DNA of 64,000 nucleotides from Antedon mediterranea (Eukaryota; Animalia; Echinodermata). The translations under genes were made by a program, and so were the position numbers. The notes beneath the pieces are model-generated. The model saw only the letters and a program-made list of their open reading frames with translations, made no database searches and was not told the DNA's origin. Below are positions 1 to 12,593 of this stretch, one piece after another. The number at the start of each line of letters is the position of its first letter. Position 1 is the stretch's first letter. The stretch is from assembly GCF_964355755.1 (NCBI RefSeq), contig NC_092670.1:34026388-34090387 (forward strand), written 5' to 3'.

Positions 1-1160
1 GTCGTTTTGTGATTGGTTAATGAATTTTAATACAGTCCAATCACCGCCTTGTTTCGTTCGCGGTCTGTGTGGTGTAAACAAAATAAACAAACCCATCCTA
101 CACGAGACTCACACGTGTTGCAAGCTCCCTGTTGCTGCAGTCGTAGAAAATATCGATATTTCACAAATCAATAAAAAGTTATGTCTGCAAAGATTGTACG
201 TGAAAAGAAGAAAGGGTGTATTTGTACATCTCACACTAAACCACTCACGCAGACTACAAATTAGGCTAGGTCTAGTAGACTATATTTTCTTCTAAATTCG
301 CTAGTACTATACTAGGCTAGGCCTACACATGGAGTTACTCCGTGGCCTACCAGTACAAGAGAGTAGTCTAGTAGTCGCCAGGCACAATTGTGCCTACCAT
401 TAACACCTTCAACGATACATCAAGGAGCATACGCTCTCAGCTCACCTCTGGCCGGGCGACTAAACACCGTATCCAGCAGTCATCGCTACTAAAAAGGCCT
501 AGCTAGCTCCAGGCCATGGCATTGTCAAACACCATTTACTCGTCCAACCGTTTCTTCAAAACGATGTTAACACCCGTCTTAACAAGACGATGTGGACGAA
601 TTTCCATCAATTTCAGTTAATTACCACGAAATAATAATAAAATGAATGTTTCAATAATAAGTGTATAATAAATAGCGAAATAAACATCGCTCGTGCGAGA
701 GGAGGAGGGTCGAGAGAGAGGCCAAGGAGATCGACTCTGTGATTCTCACGCATGCGCAAAATAACTCCGTGTACCCAGAAAGATAGGCATTTGGCTATGA
801 ATTTCGTAAAAGGTGGCCTTGAAAAACGAAATTAAAATCCGTTTAAAAAAAAACATGGTTGATAATATGAATTAATTTTATTCGATTAGGCTAACATACT
901 TATCCAAGAATAAAAATATCAAAGCGATAAGTAATTACTACCATGCTTTTGCATCAATCAATGATTTACTGCTAAATTCCTATCTCTGTAATACAAAAAT
1001 AACTTTTAGTGACGTCACAAAAAGTTTTTCACAGGTTTCTCAGGGGCGTTTTGAGGGCGTTGTCGTCCTCCAAAACATTAAGTATGACTATGGCAAGCTT
1101 AAAACTGATTGATCTACACGTTGAGCCAATAAAATGATATTGCTAGGAACCCTTTCATAT

Positions 1161-2777
1161 CAGTGGTGGCGCCAGCGGGGGGGGGGCTACGGGGGGCTCT
1201 ATCCCCCTCGTCGGGGAGCCTAGCCCTCCCCCCCCCCCCCCCCCGTCGGGGAACACGGGTACTTTTTGTCGGGGAATATAATATACAGTAAAAAATGTTT
1301 GCGTTCACTTCATAGCTTCAGCGCCTAGAAAACCACGACGTTCCATTGACCGTGAGAGTACGTCAGAGGGCTATTATGCACTTTTATGCATTCATTTATT
1401 GCCAGCGATCTAACTTACTACTAAACATTAGCTAGGTACGCACTTGTCTGGCGGTATCCCTTTGTACGAATCGTTCAACGTTGGGTCGACACGCGTGGTA
1501 TCAAGTTCCATCCAGGGACCAAAATGTGTAATGTAGTTATTTTCCAGGCGAAGTTTACCGGCGGTTACCGAAGGGAACACGGGTACTTTTTGTCGGGGAA
1601 TATAATATACAGTAAAAAGCGTTCGCGTTCACTTCGTAGCTAGCTTCAGCGCCTAGAAAACCGCGACGTTTCATTGACCGTGAGAGTACATCTCAGAGTG
1701 ATATTATGCACTTTATATGCATTCATTATTGCCAGCGATCTAACTTACTACTAAACAATAGCTAGGTTCGCACTTGTCTGTCGGTATCCCTTTGTACGAA
1801 TCGTTCAACGTTGGGTCAAGACGCGTGATACCATGTTCCATCCAGGGACCAAAATGTGTACTGTAGTTATTTTCCAGGCGAAGTTTACTGACGGTTACGT
1901 CGTGTACTGCGTCGACGTACGCTACACTACAGCAGCAAAAACAAATTATGTTAATTGTTCGTATGTTCACCAATTTTTTAATTTACAAGTAACCTTCTCT
2001 GTACCGTGGGGCACCTAAAATAAATTTTTCATCCATTACTAAACAAAAAAACATGCCATTTTTGCTTAGCCAACATCTTATAGCTAAGTTATTACATTTT
2101 CAATGTCCTGTATGTCATGAATTTCTCACCACTCGGAAGTCCAGATGGTACGTACGCATACACTTGGGAGGAATAAACTTATTTCCCCGACTGAAAAAGG
2201 TCTACGCTTGCGTTTTTTAAGCCTCTAGGCCTGATGTTTCCAAAGTATAAAATGCAATTTTTTGAAGACCTGCAGCTCTAGTTTTAAACAGTTTCTTAGC
2301 TCAGCCCCAACAATAAAGCTGGTCATATTTCGAAGTACAAGAAGTGCATTTTCCGGGACCTAACATCTCTTAGCTCAGTCACAACCATGATAGGGACTTA
2401 TATATTTTGTTTCATGTTTTGAAGTATAATAAGTCCAATTTCCGGGACCTCCAACTCTATTTTTCTAAATTTTCTTTGAAACTTTATTTTTTAAATTAAA
2501 AAATATGGATTGAAACAGTCATCGCGCATCGTTTTTTTGCACGCAGTATTTTATTTATGCATTATAAAAAATGGAAAAAAATGGCTACCCTAAATCTGAT
2601 TAAAATGACCTCAAATGACGCTAGAACGCGTTGCTTCCGGGGGCTTCGCCCCCTGGACCCCACCGGGGGCCCTTGGCGGCCCCCAGGCCCCCAGCCTAGT
2701 GATGCTCGCTTCGCTCGCATAGCCCCCTCGTCGGGGAATGTAGCCCCCGCGTCGGGAAGATCCTGGCGCCACCCCTG
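1161..2777. mobile_element. Non-autonomous hAT-type DNA transposon
   Basis: TIRs CAGTGGTGGCGCCAG / CTGGCGCCACCCCTG; perfect 8-bp TSD TTTCATAT (1153-1160, 2778-2785); internal ~320-bp duplication (~1249-1570 / ~1572-1897); no transposase ORF. Confidence 0.85.
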
Positions 2778-2910
2778 TTTCATATCCATTTTAAGTGCCT
2801 GTTCAGACCTACGGAGTTATGTTTTCGTATTGTACGCGGCGTACAACTCCAAGACCTGAACAAGGAAAAGATTAGAATAGAAACCTTTATTGTTAATACA
2901 GCTAACTAAC

Positions 2911-3138
2911 CTTCAACTTTTATTGTAAAATTGCAGCTCTCTCTGTTGTCATAAGAGTCGGTAACATTGAATACAAACAGGTGCCTTCCAATCGCAAGAA
3001 TAGCGGGAAATACATCTGCTGGATTCGAAGAGATTTTTTTTTAGTTGTCGGCTGAATAGTCAATGGTGTTCGTAGGTGTATTGTAATCAGTTACTATCAA
3101 ATTGTCAGGCGGACATTTCAAAACAAGCCTTCCAATAT
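2911..3138 (-). pseudogene. HYR-domain exon with one in-frame TAA
   Basis: AG..GT bounded, phase 1-1; translates IGRLVLKCPPDNLIVTD...ADN*KKISSNPADVFPAILAIGRHLFVFNVTDSYDNRESCNFTIKVE, matching the HYR pattern (CP..D; G.H; TD..N...C.F.V.V). Confidence 0.7.
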
Positions 3139-4024
3139 CTATCAATATCTATATCTATTTAATCAGTCTATAACTTTGTAACCGCAATTGTCATAGAGTA
3201 CGGTATTGGTTTTGGTGTCAAATAGTTCACAGTATTGTTGAGCGGAAATCCGTTCAGGATAGAACTAGATTCAATTTTGTGAAAATACCGCGCGGTAATT
3301 ATGGATTCTGGCCAACCAACGACATTGATTGACGTCATCAATTAACACTTTTTTTTTGCGTGAGTCCGTCGAGTCAAAAAGTTGTTGAATCTCATTAATG
3401 TGTATACTAAAATTATTCAACAAATACATTCTTTACCGAAGTTGAAAAAAAAATTTGTTTTTAATCTTTAATTAGATGTTTGTGTTGCTTGAGTATAATG
3501 GTCTACCAAAAAAACAGAAGGAAGTATTACATCAAAGCTGTTATGATGCAATGATTCGTCGAGGAATATCATATTCTTAACATGTCTCACTCGCGTACTA
3601 CCAAAAATAGAAAAAAATTAGATGAAATAGGATAAAAGAAGAGATGATGTTATGCGTACTAATAATAATACACACATGAACATTCATATGTCATAATCTT
3701 AAATATAATAGAAGCTAAAGTATCTCATTGTCTCACTCACACACTATCGAAAAGAGAAAAAAAAATAGAGGAAAATAAGATAAAAGAATAGATTATGTTA
3801 TTCGTACTAATAATACAAACCTGCGCATTCATATATGTTAATTAATTCTAACTATTCAACGATCGTTAAATATTAATTTTTTTTATTTTTCCGTGTTCGA
3901 AGACAAATCTTCTCGCGTACGGTACGAAAAACTCTTAAGAATATTCTGTGAACAACCTCGCGTGAAATCCAACGGCGCATATATTTAAAACGGACGTAAC
4001 GTTTACTACCTATCCTATCCTACA

Positions 4025-4645
4025 AACTATTGTTTGTAAAAGACAAACATTGGTTTGTCTATAATAAAAAGACAAACAATGATTTGTCTATAATAAAGAA
4101 AAACAATGGTTTGTCTCTAATAAAATGACAAACAATGGTTTGTAAATAATGAAGTTTGGTAAAGAAAAAAAATAGTTTTTAAAAAACAATTATGGTTTGT
4201 AAACGAAAAATCATAGTTTGATAAAAAGACACAAAAAAATGGTTTGTGTCTATAATAAAAAGACAAACTGTGATTTGTAACAGACAAACTGTGGTTTGTA
4301 AAAGACAAACCATAGTTTGATCAAAAGACAAACCATAGTTTGATCAAAAGACAAACCATAGTTTTTTAACAAATCATAGTTCGTATTTTACATGGTTTGT
4401 CTAAAAACCATTATTTTGTCTTTCGATAAAAAGAGAAACCATAATTTTTCTTTACAAACCATGCTTTTTATTTAATGGATAACGTGCATCTAAATCGAGC
4501 AATTAGTCTATTTCTTAGATATCGAAAAGCTTGTTATGATCTGTCCGTCTGACAATTTGGCAGTAGTCACTGATTTTAATAATCCCACGGCCACCTATTC
4601 TGCCAAAAAGACAAACCTTTATTGTAAGAGACAAACCATGGTTCA
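4025..4645. repeat. Degenerate ~20-27 bp AT-rich tandem repeat (AAAGACAAACCATGGTTTGT-like)
   Basis: Many imperfect copies of aaagacaaac..tggtttgt. Confidence 0.7.
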
Positions 4646-4951
4646 GAAATGGAATAATGAAAGAACATACTTATTTTCTATGCAAAAATCAAAAGATATA
4701 TACATCTAAAGCCTTACATCTAAAGGCTAATCTAGAAATCATCTCTATCACTCGACAACAAATAAAGATAAAGTTTACTCACGCCTGACATTTAATTTTA
4801 TTAACGGTAGCCAATACATATATACGAAAGGAATCCCAGTGTCAGGTATCAAATGGTGCAAGCAGATTCACTAAGATTGAAATCTTGATCCACGATCCAT
4901 CAAAGAACCTGCAAGATCGTCAACACAAGAGGTAAGTTTTTAGACCTATGC

Positions 4952-5061
4952 TTTTTAGTCGCGTGGACGCGACTCTATAGTTCACTATGTCGGTCGGTTG
5001 GTTGGTCGGTCAGTCTGGTATAACTATGCTTAGCACGCGACTTATGGCTGTTGGCCTTGTT
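4952..5061 (+). mobile_element. Mini Helentron-associated element (HINE/DINE-like)
   Basis: TTTTAGTCGCGT-GG-ACGCGACT 5' hairpin, (GGTC/GGTT)n microsatellite, second ACGCGACT near the 3' end, small terminal hairpin, T-flanked. Confidence 0.65.
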
Positions 5062-5142
5062 GTATTATAAATTATATTTTGGAACGTTTTACATGACAAT
5101 TTCTAGGAGAGTCATTTTAACGTAACTTGTTAGTTTGGACAA

Positions 5143-6605
5143 TTTATATATAAATTTACGTAAGGGCAAAATTCGGTAAATCGCGCCTTACTTTTAGAAT
5201 TTTTACTCGATGGTATATAAAGTTGGTTCGTACTTTCGGTACTGATTTTAACCACCTGATGTAACCCTGTTTACTAATTAAATTAAGTTAGATAATTAGT
5301 TATTGACGATTAAAACTAATTTAGGTTCAACGATTTGCCCCAAATAGGGGTGTTTTCCGATCGTGGTATACACTGTCTAATGGATGTCCATCTTGAAAAA
5401 TACCCTCCACAAAAATGCGAGGAGGCTTCGCATTTTCCTATCTCCTCCTACGATAATTGTTTTTAATAGCTGAAAACCGGTTGAACAGCTCGAGTACAGT
5501 ATCATAATGTTGAAGACAGGCCGATTTTCTTAAAAAATACTATTTTTATAGATTTAATATACGTTTATGCAAATGTATTGATTTGAAATGAATGGAACAT
5601 TCCAATCTCTGTTCCACAAGTGTCTATTCCCTCAGGCGTCGTAAAGGCAAGTACTGTATACTCATAACAGAAATTCGATCCATTTTTTTTTCAATCTGTG
5701 CTGCAGAGGTTGGATATAGATTTTTTTTAACGGATAATGAGCTAGCGTTTTCAGTCGCCGTATATTATTTACAAATCTTTATTATTGCAGTTAAACCACC
5801 CACGTGACATCATCACCCTTCCCTCACTGGCATGAGTAGCGTTGTAAAGCCAGTAGAGGATAGGCCTACGGTGCATCACATGCCCTAAACGTAGATCAAC
5901 TTTGGTGGGTAGGGTTAGGAACCAACTTAAGTATGAATTGGCTCTAAGAAACAATTGAAAACCATTAGGCCTACTAATTAAGTTGAGTTAGATAATTTAA
6001 TATTTATTGACGATTAAATCGAATTTATGATTTGCCACGAATAGGGGTGGTTTTCACAAATTGTTTTACATTATATAAACATATTATCGGGCATATTATA
6101 CACGTCGTAGTGATGTATCGTTACATGTACTATACTATTTCAATCGACTAGGACGGTGATAGTTTCAACAAAGTATTACATCGCAATGTTTTACTGTGTT
6201 TAGTGGTATATTATTTGTAAAACATGAAAACAATTAATATTTCGTTACTACATGGATAAAGAATATATTTAAAAATTGTTCCTCTTTGCACCCATCCTCT
6301 TTCCCATCCCTCAACCCTAATGTTACATACAAAAAACAAATTAAGTTTGTTTAAATTTGACTTAAACAATTGGTCTCATTTTGTGACAAGTTTCTCTTTA
6401 GGAAGTAATTCCCAGGGTGCTAATTTTAGTTCAGTACATAAATCACAGTGTCTATTTATTCGTTCCTGTAAACGACATGTATTATTGTCCTGCGGTACGT
6501 ACATTTGAAATCGCCAGTTTTTTAACGCTGAAATTATTATGTATTCAAGAACCATCTGTGGGCACGACCTAGATGGTACGCGAGTGAAGCGAGCGTACCA
6601 TCTAG
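5143..6605 (+). mobile_element. Non-autonomous Helitron, family H1
   Basis: 5' (T)TTATATATAAATTTACGTAAGGGC, 3' hairpin ending CTAG then T; homologous to copies at 9616, 15005, 46005 and 47337. Confidence 0.85.
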
Positions 6606-7789
6606 TTTGAATAATTACTAATAACTGTAAATCGACTGCTTGAAAATATTAGATTTTTGAATAAATAAAAATAAATAAGAGAAAAGGTAAATAACATGAA
6701 TTTATTTTCTTTTTCTCTAACAATGTAAACAAAAATACAAATTTAAATCTAATAAAAAAACTTGTGACAGCTAGCCAGTTAAGAAAAAAAGATATTTTGT
6801 AATAATATTGATATTTGATTTAACATACAGAAACAAAAGAGGACAGCAAAGCACAAAAAGACAAGATGATTAATACCATGGAAGAACAGAAAACCAAAAT
6901 AAATTAAAAGCGTTTATTCATTTTGTTTACGATATTGTTAGTGGAGTATATTATTGTATGAGTATATTGTATTTCAAAAAAAAAAAGGAATTCGGCTGTG
7001 GTCTGACAAAAGTCCAGGCAATCTGTGGATTGACCCAAAACAAATTGCAATAGTTTCAAAACTTGTTTTTTTCTGATTTTGCAGTTATTGGAGTATTTTA
7101 TTTTAAAAATCTACTAAAATCGGTTTAGTGGAACATATATTTTAGAGGTCATTTAAGTCATAACGTAATTTTCTACAGTTTACACGCTTATTAGATGATC
7201 TTTAAGAAAGAAGATCAACTATTGATATTGTACAAAATCTGTATCATTTGTTATCCGTAACTTTTGAGTTACGGATAACCATTTTGTTATTCTACTTTCT
7301 TTCCTCAATTGGTGTTGTCAGCGTATCTAAAAAATTTGTAGGTATAACATTTTGTAAGTTAACTAATTTAAACCTTAAACAGTTTTAAATGAAACTTGAC
7401 AAGTATTTTTTTTATTTGAATGGTCAGCTTTCTGTAATGGTTACATGCGTGAACAAATTTAAAAAACGCTAAAAAAATCAATCTGTAATCATACATTTCA
7501 GGTAATTTTAAGTATTGCGCACACATAGCATAAAAAATCCGTTTTTTAAATAGATTTTGTTCTTTATTTTTGTTACTGCACAATACACGCACGTACACGT
7601 TAAATGATAATAAGCTTTGAAATAATGTAAAGCTTGTACAATTTGACCCATTATTTCAAAAGTTTGATTAAGTTAAGTAAGCCATTCAAGCATGAATTTA
7701 TTTTCATTTAATCAAGTAGCTGAATTGAACAAGATTAACCAATTATGATGTTTACAATTTTAATATCTCAAGATCTAAGATGCTTCTGG

Positions 7790-7960
7790 ACCCAAGGCAT
7801 TCTAACAGGATACTGAGCTCCGGAGATCATCGTATTTATCTGTGGCTAAGACAGGATCAGATACACGCTCCTCCATTGCACAATACTATTTGTCACAGCC
7901 AAAGACTGTTACTATCTTGGCAAGGCGAGCTCAATGTCCTGTTGTTAGATTGTCTTGCTA
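7790..7960 (-). repeat. Dispersed SINE-like repeat (GAGCTCGCCTTGCCAAGAT...AGCCACAGATAAA...GATCTCCGGAG)
   Basis: Related copies in + orientation at ~33190-33245, ~37030-37225 and ~50190-50340. Confidence 0.6.
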
Positions 7961-9615
7961 GAACTTCAAATAGAGTATTAATTCACATTTATTTGCAATA
8001 TGTCGACATTAAATAAATATAAAAAAATGTTTTAAAATCCCTCGTTATCGGCAGAACCAGTGGTTTCGTTAAACACAGAATCACAGTTTGTAGTTGTGCA
8101 ATGTTCAAATGAATTAACCAGCAATGTTTTGACTGATTTTTAAATACATTTTTTGACTGCTGTAACTAAATTTCATCAGTTTTTTAACTGTAACAATTTT
8201 TAACAATGTTTAAAACTTACTTTATCACGTTTTTATTACTGAAAGTTATTAATTTGTATATTGAATTTTGTCAATTGCTGAATTTCATATCAGTAACTAA
8301 ATAACGGTTTTATATTTCTGTATTTAACAGAATTTCATTAATGTTTTCTTATTATTATCTACCGCTTTCCAATCAGCTTTTGACATTTTGTATATTACTA
8401 CTCAATTGAGATATGGTATTCAATGTATTCAGTAAATAAAATACACGTATCTTTGCATATGGTTGCCTTGTTATTGTTTTAATGGTATGAAATAATAATT
8501 ATATAATCTTTAATAATTGTTCATCAAATCAGTATTCATAATTTACGTAAAACCACGGTAATGCGGAGATACATTGTACAATATGTAAGTTATTTCTTGC
8601 AAGGTACGAGAATATTAGTGTATTTCAATCAAATTAATTGGCGTGTATTTCATGTTTATCATTTTGTGTGATCCATTCTGGTAGGTATTTACCTATTTTA
8701 GAATATGTATACATCGTAGTAATATTCCATCAAGTGTAGTAGTTTGTTGTATGCTTACACAGTACTATTGGAACCATTTCATCAATGTGTAATTTTTATT
8801 TCTATGGTTCGATACATTACTATACTGTCAATGTTGGTTATTATATATATATATATATATATTATATACGCATTTCATCATCTGTGATGCTTGTAAGTTT
8901 CTATTTGAGTTTCTGTACTGTCCATATTTTGTTATTCCTTGTTATGTTATTATGTTTTCCATAATTGTTGGGTGGTTTGCATGTAAAATGTCTTCTAGCG
9001 TAGTGTACACATACTATATACTCTAAACCAGTCGGTTTAGAATTCATTTTGTTCCGGTTACTTCGTTCTTGTATATAAATTTACGAAATAAATGGTATTA
9101 TATTAGTTGTATCTTAGCATTAGAGTAAAGCTCGAAGTAATTGATATCATAAATTATTTCGAATACAAATGTAAAGGTTGATGTAAACACCAACCGTCAA
9201 TTCTCATTATATATACAAGATCTACGGATTATTGTGGCAGCTCTCAACAACAAAAAACTAGACAATTAACAATAATAACATGACATTTTTAGTTAGTTGC
9301 CAGGTAAAAAAGAAACGACTTTTATTATTAGCAATCCAATTCGTCACAATCATGGTTCATTTTAAATTGTAATCAAACTCAAAGTCTCTGTCAGTATATA
9401 ATGGTTACAAAAAATCAATTGTGCAGTGACAATTGTATCAGTCGTCGGTTTCCAGTAACATTGACAGTTACAACAAGCAAGATTTCAAACACTCACACAC
9501 CCTCTATATCAGCATATCCAGCAGGCGCTTAAACATACAGTAGTAGTTGTAATTCATTAATTTAATCTTTTATTTATGATTCTCTTTCTCCATAGAAATT
9601 AAAATTACATCTAGG

Positions 9616-10608
9616 TCTATATATACATTTATGTAAGGGCAAAATTCGGTAAATCGCGCGTTATTTCTAGGATTTTTACTCGATGGTATATAAAGTTGGT
9701 TCATACGTTCCGTACTGATTTTAACCACCTAATGTAACCATGTTTACTGATTATTGTTCAGTTAGATAATTCTTTATTGACGATTAAAACGAATTGAGGT
9801 TCAATGATTTGCCCTAAATAGAGGTGTTTTCCAATCGTTGTATATACACTGCTTAATGGATGTCGATGCTGAAAAATACGCGCACACAATAATACGAAGA
9901 TTCTTCGCATTTACCTATTTCCTTCTACAATAATTGTTTTCATAGCCGAAAATTGGTTAAACAGCTCAAGTAGGCCTACATCATAATGTACAAGACAAGC
10001 CGATTTTGTTTAAAAAAAACTCCTTTGATAGATTTAATATACGTTTATACAACGTATTGCTTAGTGATAAATGAAATATTTCAATCTCTCAGTCTCCCAG
10101 TATGAATATTTGGTATAACACAAGTAGGTAAATATATGAACTCTTAGGGATAAACTTTAGGTATATTTTTGATCGCCATTTGAAGCGCAAATTTCTTACT
10201 GTGAGTGTGGGTACTGTTAGAAAAATACACTTTATTTCTGACAGTAGCTCCTCAACGTTTGTATTAATTAATAATTACAAAAAAAATATAAACGTCGTAG
10301 TGGTGTATCGTTACATGTACTTTACTATTTCAGTCGACTATGAAAGTGACAGTTCCAACAAATTATGTTTTATTGTGTTTAACGGTATATTATTTCAGGG
10401 AAGAGTTAATTTAACTCTTCCCTGATTATTTATAAAACATAAAAAGAAATTTTGTGTTACTGACAGTTGCTTCTCAACGTTTGTATTAATTAATGATTAC
10501 AACAAATATAAACGTCGTAGTGGTGTATCGTTACATGTACTTTACTATTTTAATCGAATATGACAGTGACAGTTTCAAAAAATTATGTTTACTGTGTTTA
10601 GAGTGATA
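9616..10608 (+). mobile_element. Diverged, 3'-truncated Helitron H1 copy
   Basis: Starts TCTATATATACATTTATGTAAGGGC; aligns to the other H1 copies; ends where the tRNA-bearing family B element begins. Confidence 0.75.
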
Positions 10609-10619
10609 TATATAGAGAG

Positions 10620-10930
10620 AGAGATCCCGCCTCGTGAACAAAAATACTGAAAGATGAGGGCGTATCAATTTGATCTCTGGTGCGCGTGCGTACAACCGAT
10701 GACTAGTGCTGTTCCGCCGTACCACGCCGAGAATGTTAAAGAGTCGCTATCCAATCGAGTTTGAACAATACCATGAAAGCCCGAGTGGTCTAATGGTTAG
10801 GACATCTGCATATCAAGCAGGCGGTCCGAGTTGGAGTCTCATTCTCACAGATTTCCTCATCTTTATCGTTTCAAATTTCAGTATATCACCGGGCGGTTTA
10901 GAATTAATGTTCTGTGCCTGATTTGTTTAT
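10620..10930 (+). mobile_element. tRNA-bearing repeat family B, single copy ending in (TA)n
   Basis: Near-identical to the 20657-21670 unit; truncated tRNA-like module at 10779-10840; followed by (TA)n at 10928-11011. Confidence 0.8.
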
Positions 10931-10941
10931 ATATATATACA

Positions 10942-10991
<50 letters not shown>

Positions 10992-11011
10992 GTATATATA
11001 TATATATATAT

Positions 11012-12142
11012 AAATCATACTGTAAATTATAGAAACAGTGCTCATATTCGGAACATGATCTCATAATCGCGTCGAGCATAGCTCATTGGCGAAAGTTCCG
11101 TATTTTTTTAGTTGTATGAAAAAATGTCTCTGGCGGGATTCGAACCTGCAACCTCTCGCTTACAGGGCGAGTATCATACCACTAGACCACAGAGCCATGT
11201 ATGGTATTATCACAGATTTTCACCCACCAGATACATTCTCTCATACAACAAACGCCCTCACAATCAGTGGAGGCTTAACAAGTCAGAATAAATTCCAACT
11301 TTATTTCGCAACGGTTTTTTAAATAATATTGTGTATATGTAAATCAATGATGTTGCGTAGCACTGTGTAAATTATATATAAATCATACTGTAAATTATAG
11401 AAACAGTGCTCATATTCGGAACATGATCTCATAATCGCGTCGAGCATAGCTCATTGGCGAAAGTTCCGTATTTTTTTAGTTGTATGAAAAAATGTCTCTG
11501 GCCGAATTCGAACCTGCAACCTCTCGCTTACAGGGCGAGTATCATACCACTAGACTACAGAGCCATGTATGGTATTATCACAGATTTTTACCCACCAGAT
11601 ACATTCTCTCATACAACAAACGCCCTCACAATCAGTGGAGGCTTAACAAGTCAGAATAAATTCCAACTTTAATTCGCAACGGTTTTTTAAATAATATTGT
11701 GTATATGTAAATCAATGATGTTGCGTAGCACTGTGTAAATTATATATAAATCATACTAACAGTGCTCATATTCGGAACATGATCTCATAATCGCGTCGAG
11801 CATAGCTCATTGGCGAAAGTTCCGTATTTTTTTAGTTGTATGAAAAAATGTCTCTGGCGGGATTCGAACCTGCAACCTCTCGCTTACAGGGCGAGTATCA
11901 TACCACTAGACCACAGAGCCATGTATGGTATTATCACAGATTTTCACCCACCAGATACATTCTCTCATACAACAAACGCCCTCACAATCAGTGGAGGCTT
12001 AACAAGTCAGAATAAATTCCAACTTTAATTCGCAACGGTTTTTTACATAATATTGTGTATATGTAAATCAATGATGTTGCGTAGCACTGTGTAAATTATA
12101 TATAAATCATACTGTAAATTATAGAAACAGTGCTCATATTCG
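11012..12142 (-). repeat. Tandem array (368-bp period, 3 units plus a partial) of tRNA-bearing family A
   Basis: Unit starts at 11012, 11380, 11748 and 12104; the third unit has a 12-bp deletion; units are joined by short TATATA. Confidence 0.92.
11125..11196 (-). tRNA. tRNA-like module of family A (tRNA-Pro-like body, loop CCTGTAA, anticodon position UGU); other copies at 11493-11564, 11849-11920, 18813-18884 (-), 19219-19290 and 19582-19653 (+)
   Basis: GGCTCTG-TG-GTCTAGTGGTATGAT-A-CTCGC-CCTGTAA-GCGAG-AGGTT-GCAGG-TTCGAAT-CCCGC-CAGAGAC-A: 72 nt, A and B boxes, perfect anticodon stem, one mismatch each in the acceptor and T stems, followed by T6. Probably a pseudo-tRNA. Confidence 0.7.
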
Positions 12143-12428
12143 AAACAATTGTTAGCTTGAGGTTGTTCTCCTGGAAAACCTTACAAATATCTTTCTTGAT
12201 TAGCTCAATCGTTTTGGCTGATTCGCGAAACGCGGCTAGGCCATCGTCGCGGTATAGACCAATTTGGTTGCCATATTTGTTAGACAGTTGCGACAAAAGA
12301 TATGTACCTACGATTTCACAGGTTTCAGCACCATCAAAGCTTCCCATTGTGACGTCAAACACAGGTTGGTTTTCAGTTCCTTTTTTGCACCATGTAGCGT
12401 TATCATGGAAAAGGAGTGACTTTTTCAT
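12143..12428 (-). mobile_element. Penelope-like element 1, inverted RT core fragment
   Basis: [12 protein letters not shown]...[18 protein letters not shown]...LYRDDGL...NNLKLTIV; continues the 17420-17505 fragment across the LINE insertion. Confidence 0.88.
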
Positions 12429-12593
12429 TTCATTTCATTTATTCCACATTTATTTAGTCATCAATTACAGTACATCATAATTACAGTACAACTGAGAACA
12501 GGGATCCTGCATAAAAAAGCTATAGCTTCGTTTTTTTGTAGGACCCTTTTACATAAGAACAAGTATATAGAACTTAAATAAACAAAGGTGTTG

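Noticed and set aside
1-1010. 91-aa ORF and GC-richer start of the window
   Set aside because: No recognisable motif; may be the end of a transposon, but its boundary lies outside the window.
9400-9535. Cys-rich minus-strand exon candidate
   Set aside because: Needs frameshifts and matches no clear domain.
11086-12028. Repeated 72-78 aa ORFs (MAKVPYFF...)
   Set aside because: Antisense translations of the family A tRNA repeat with non-ATG starts.
11012-12142. CRISPR-like array or functional tRNA gene cluster
   Set aside because: No unique spacers and eukaryotic context; the tRNA modules have stem mismatches and an atypical loop.
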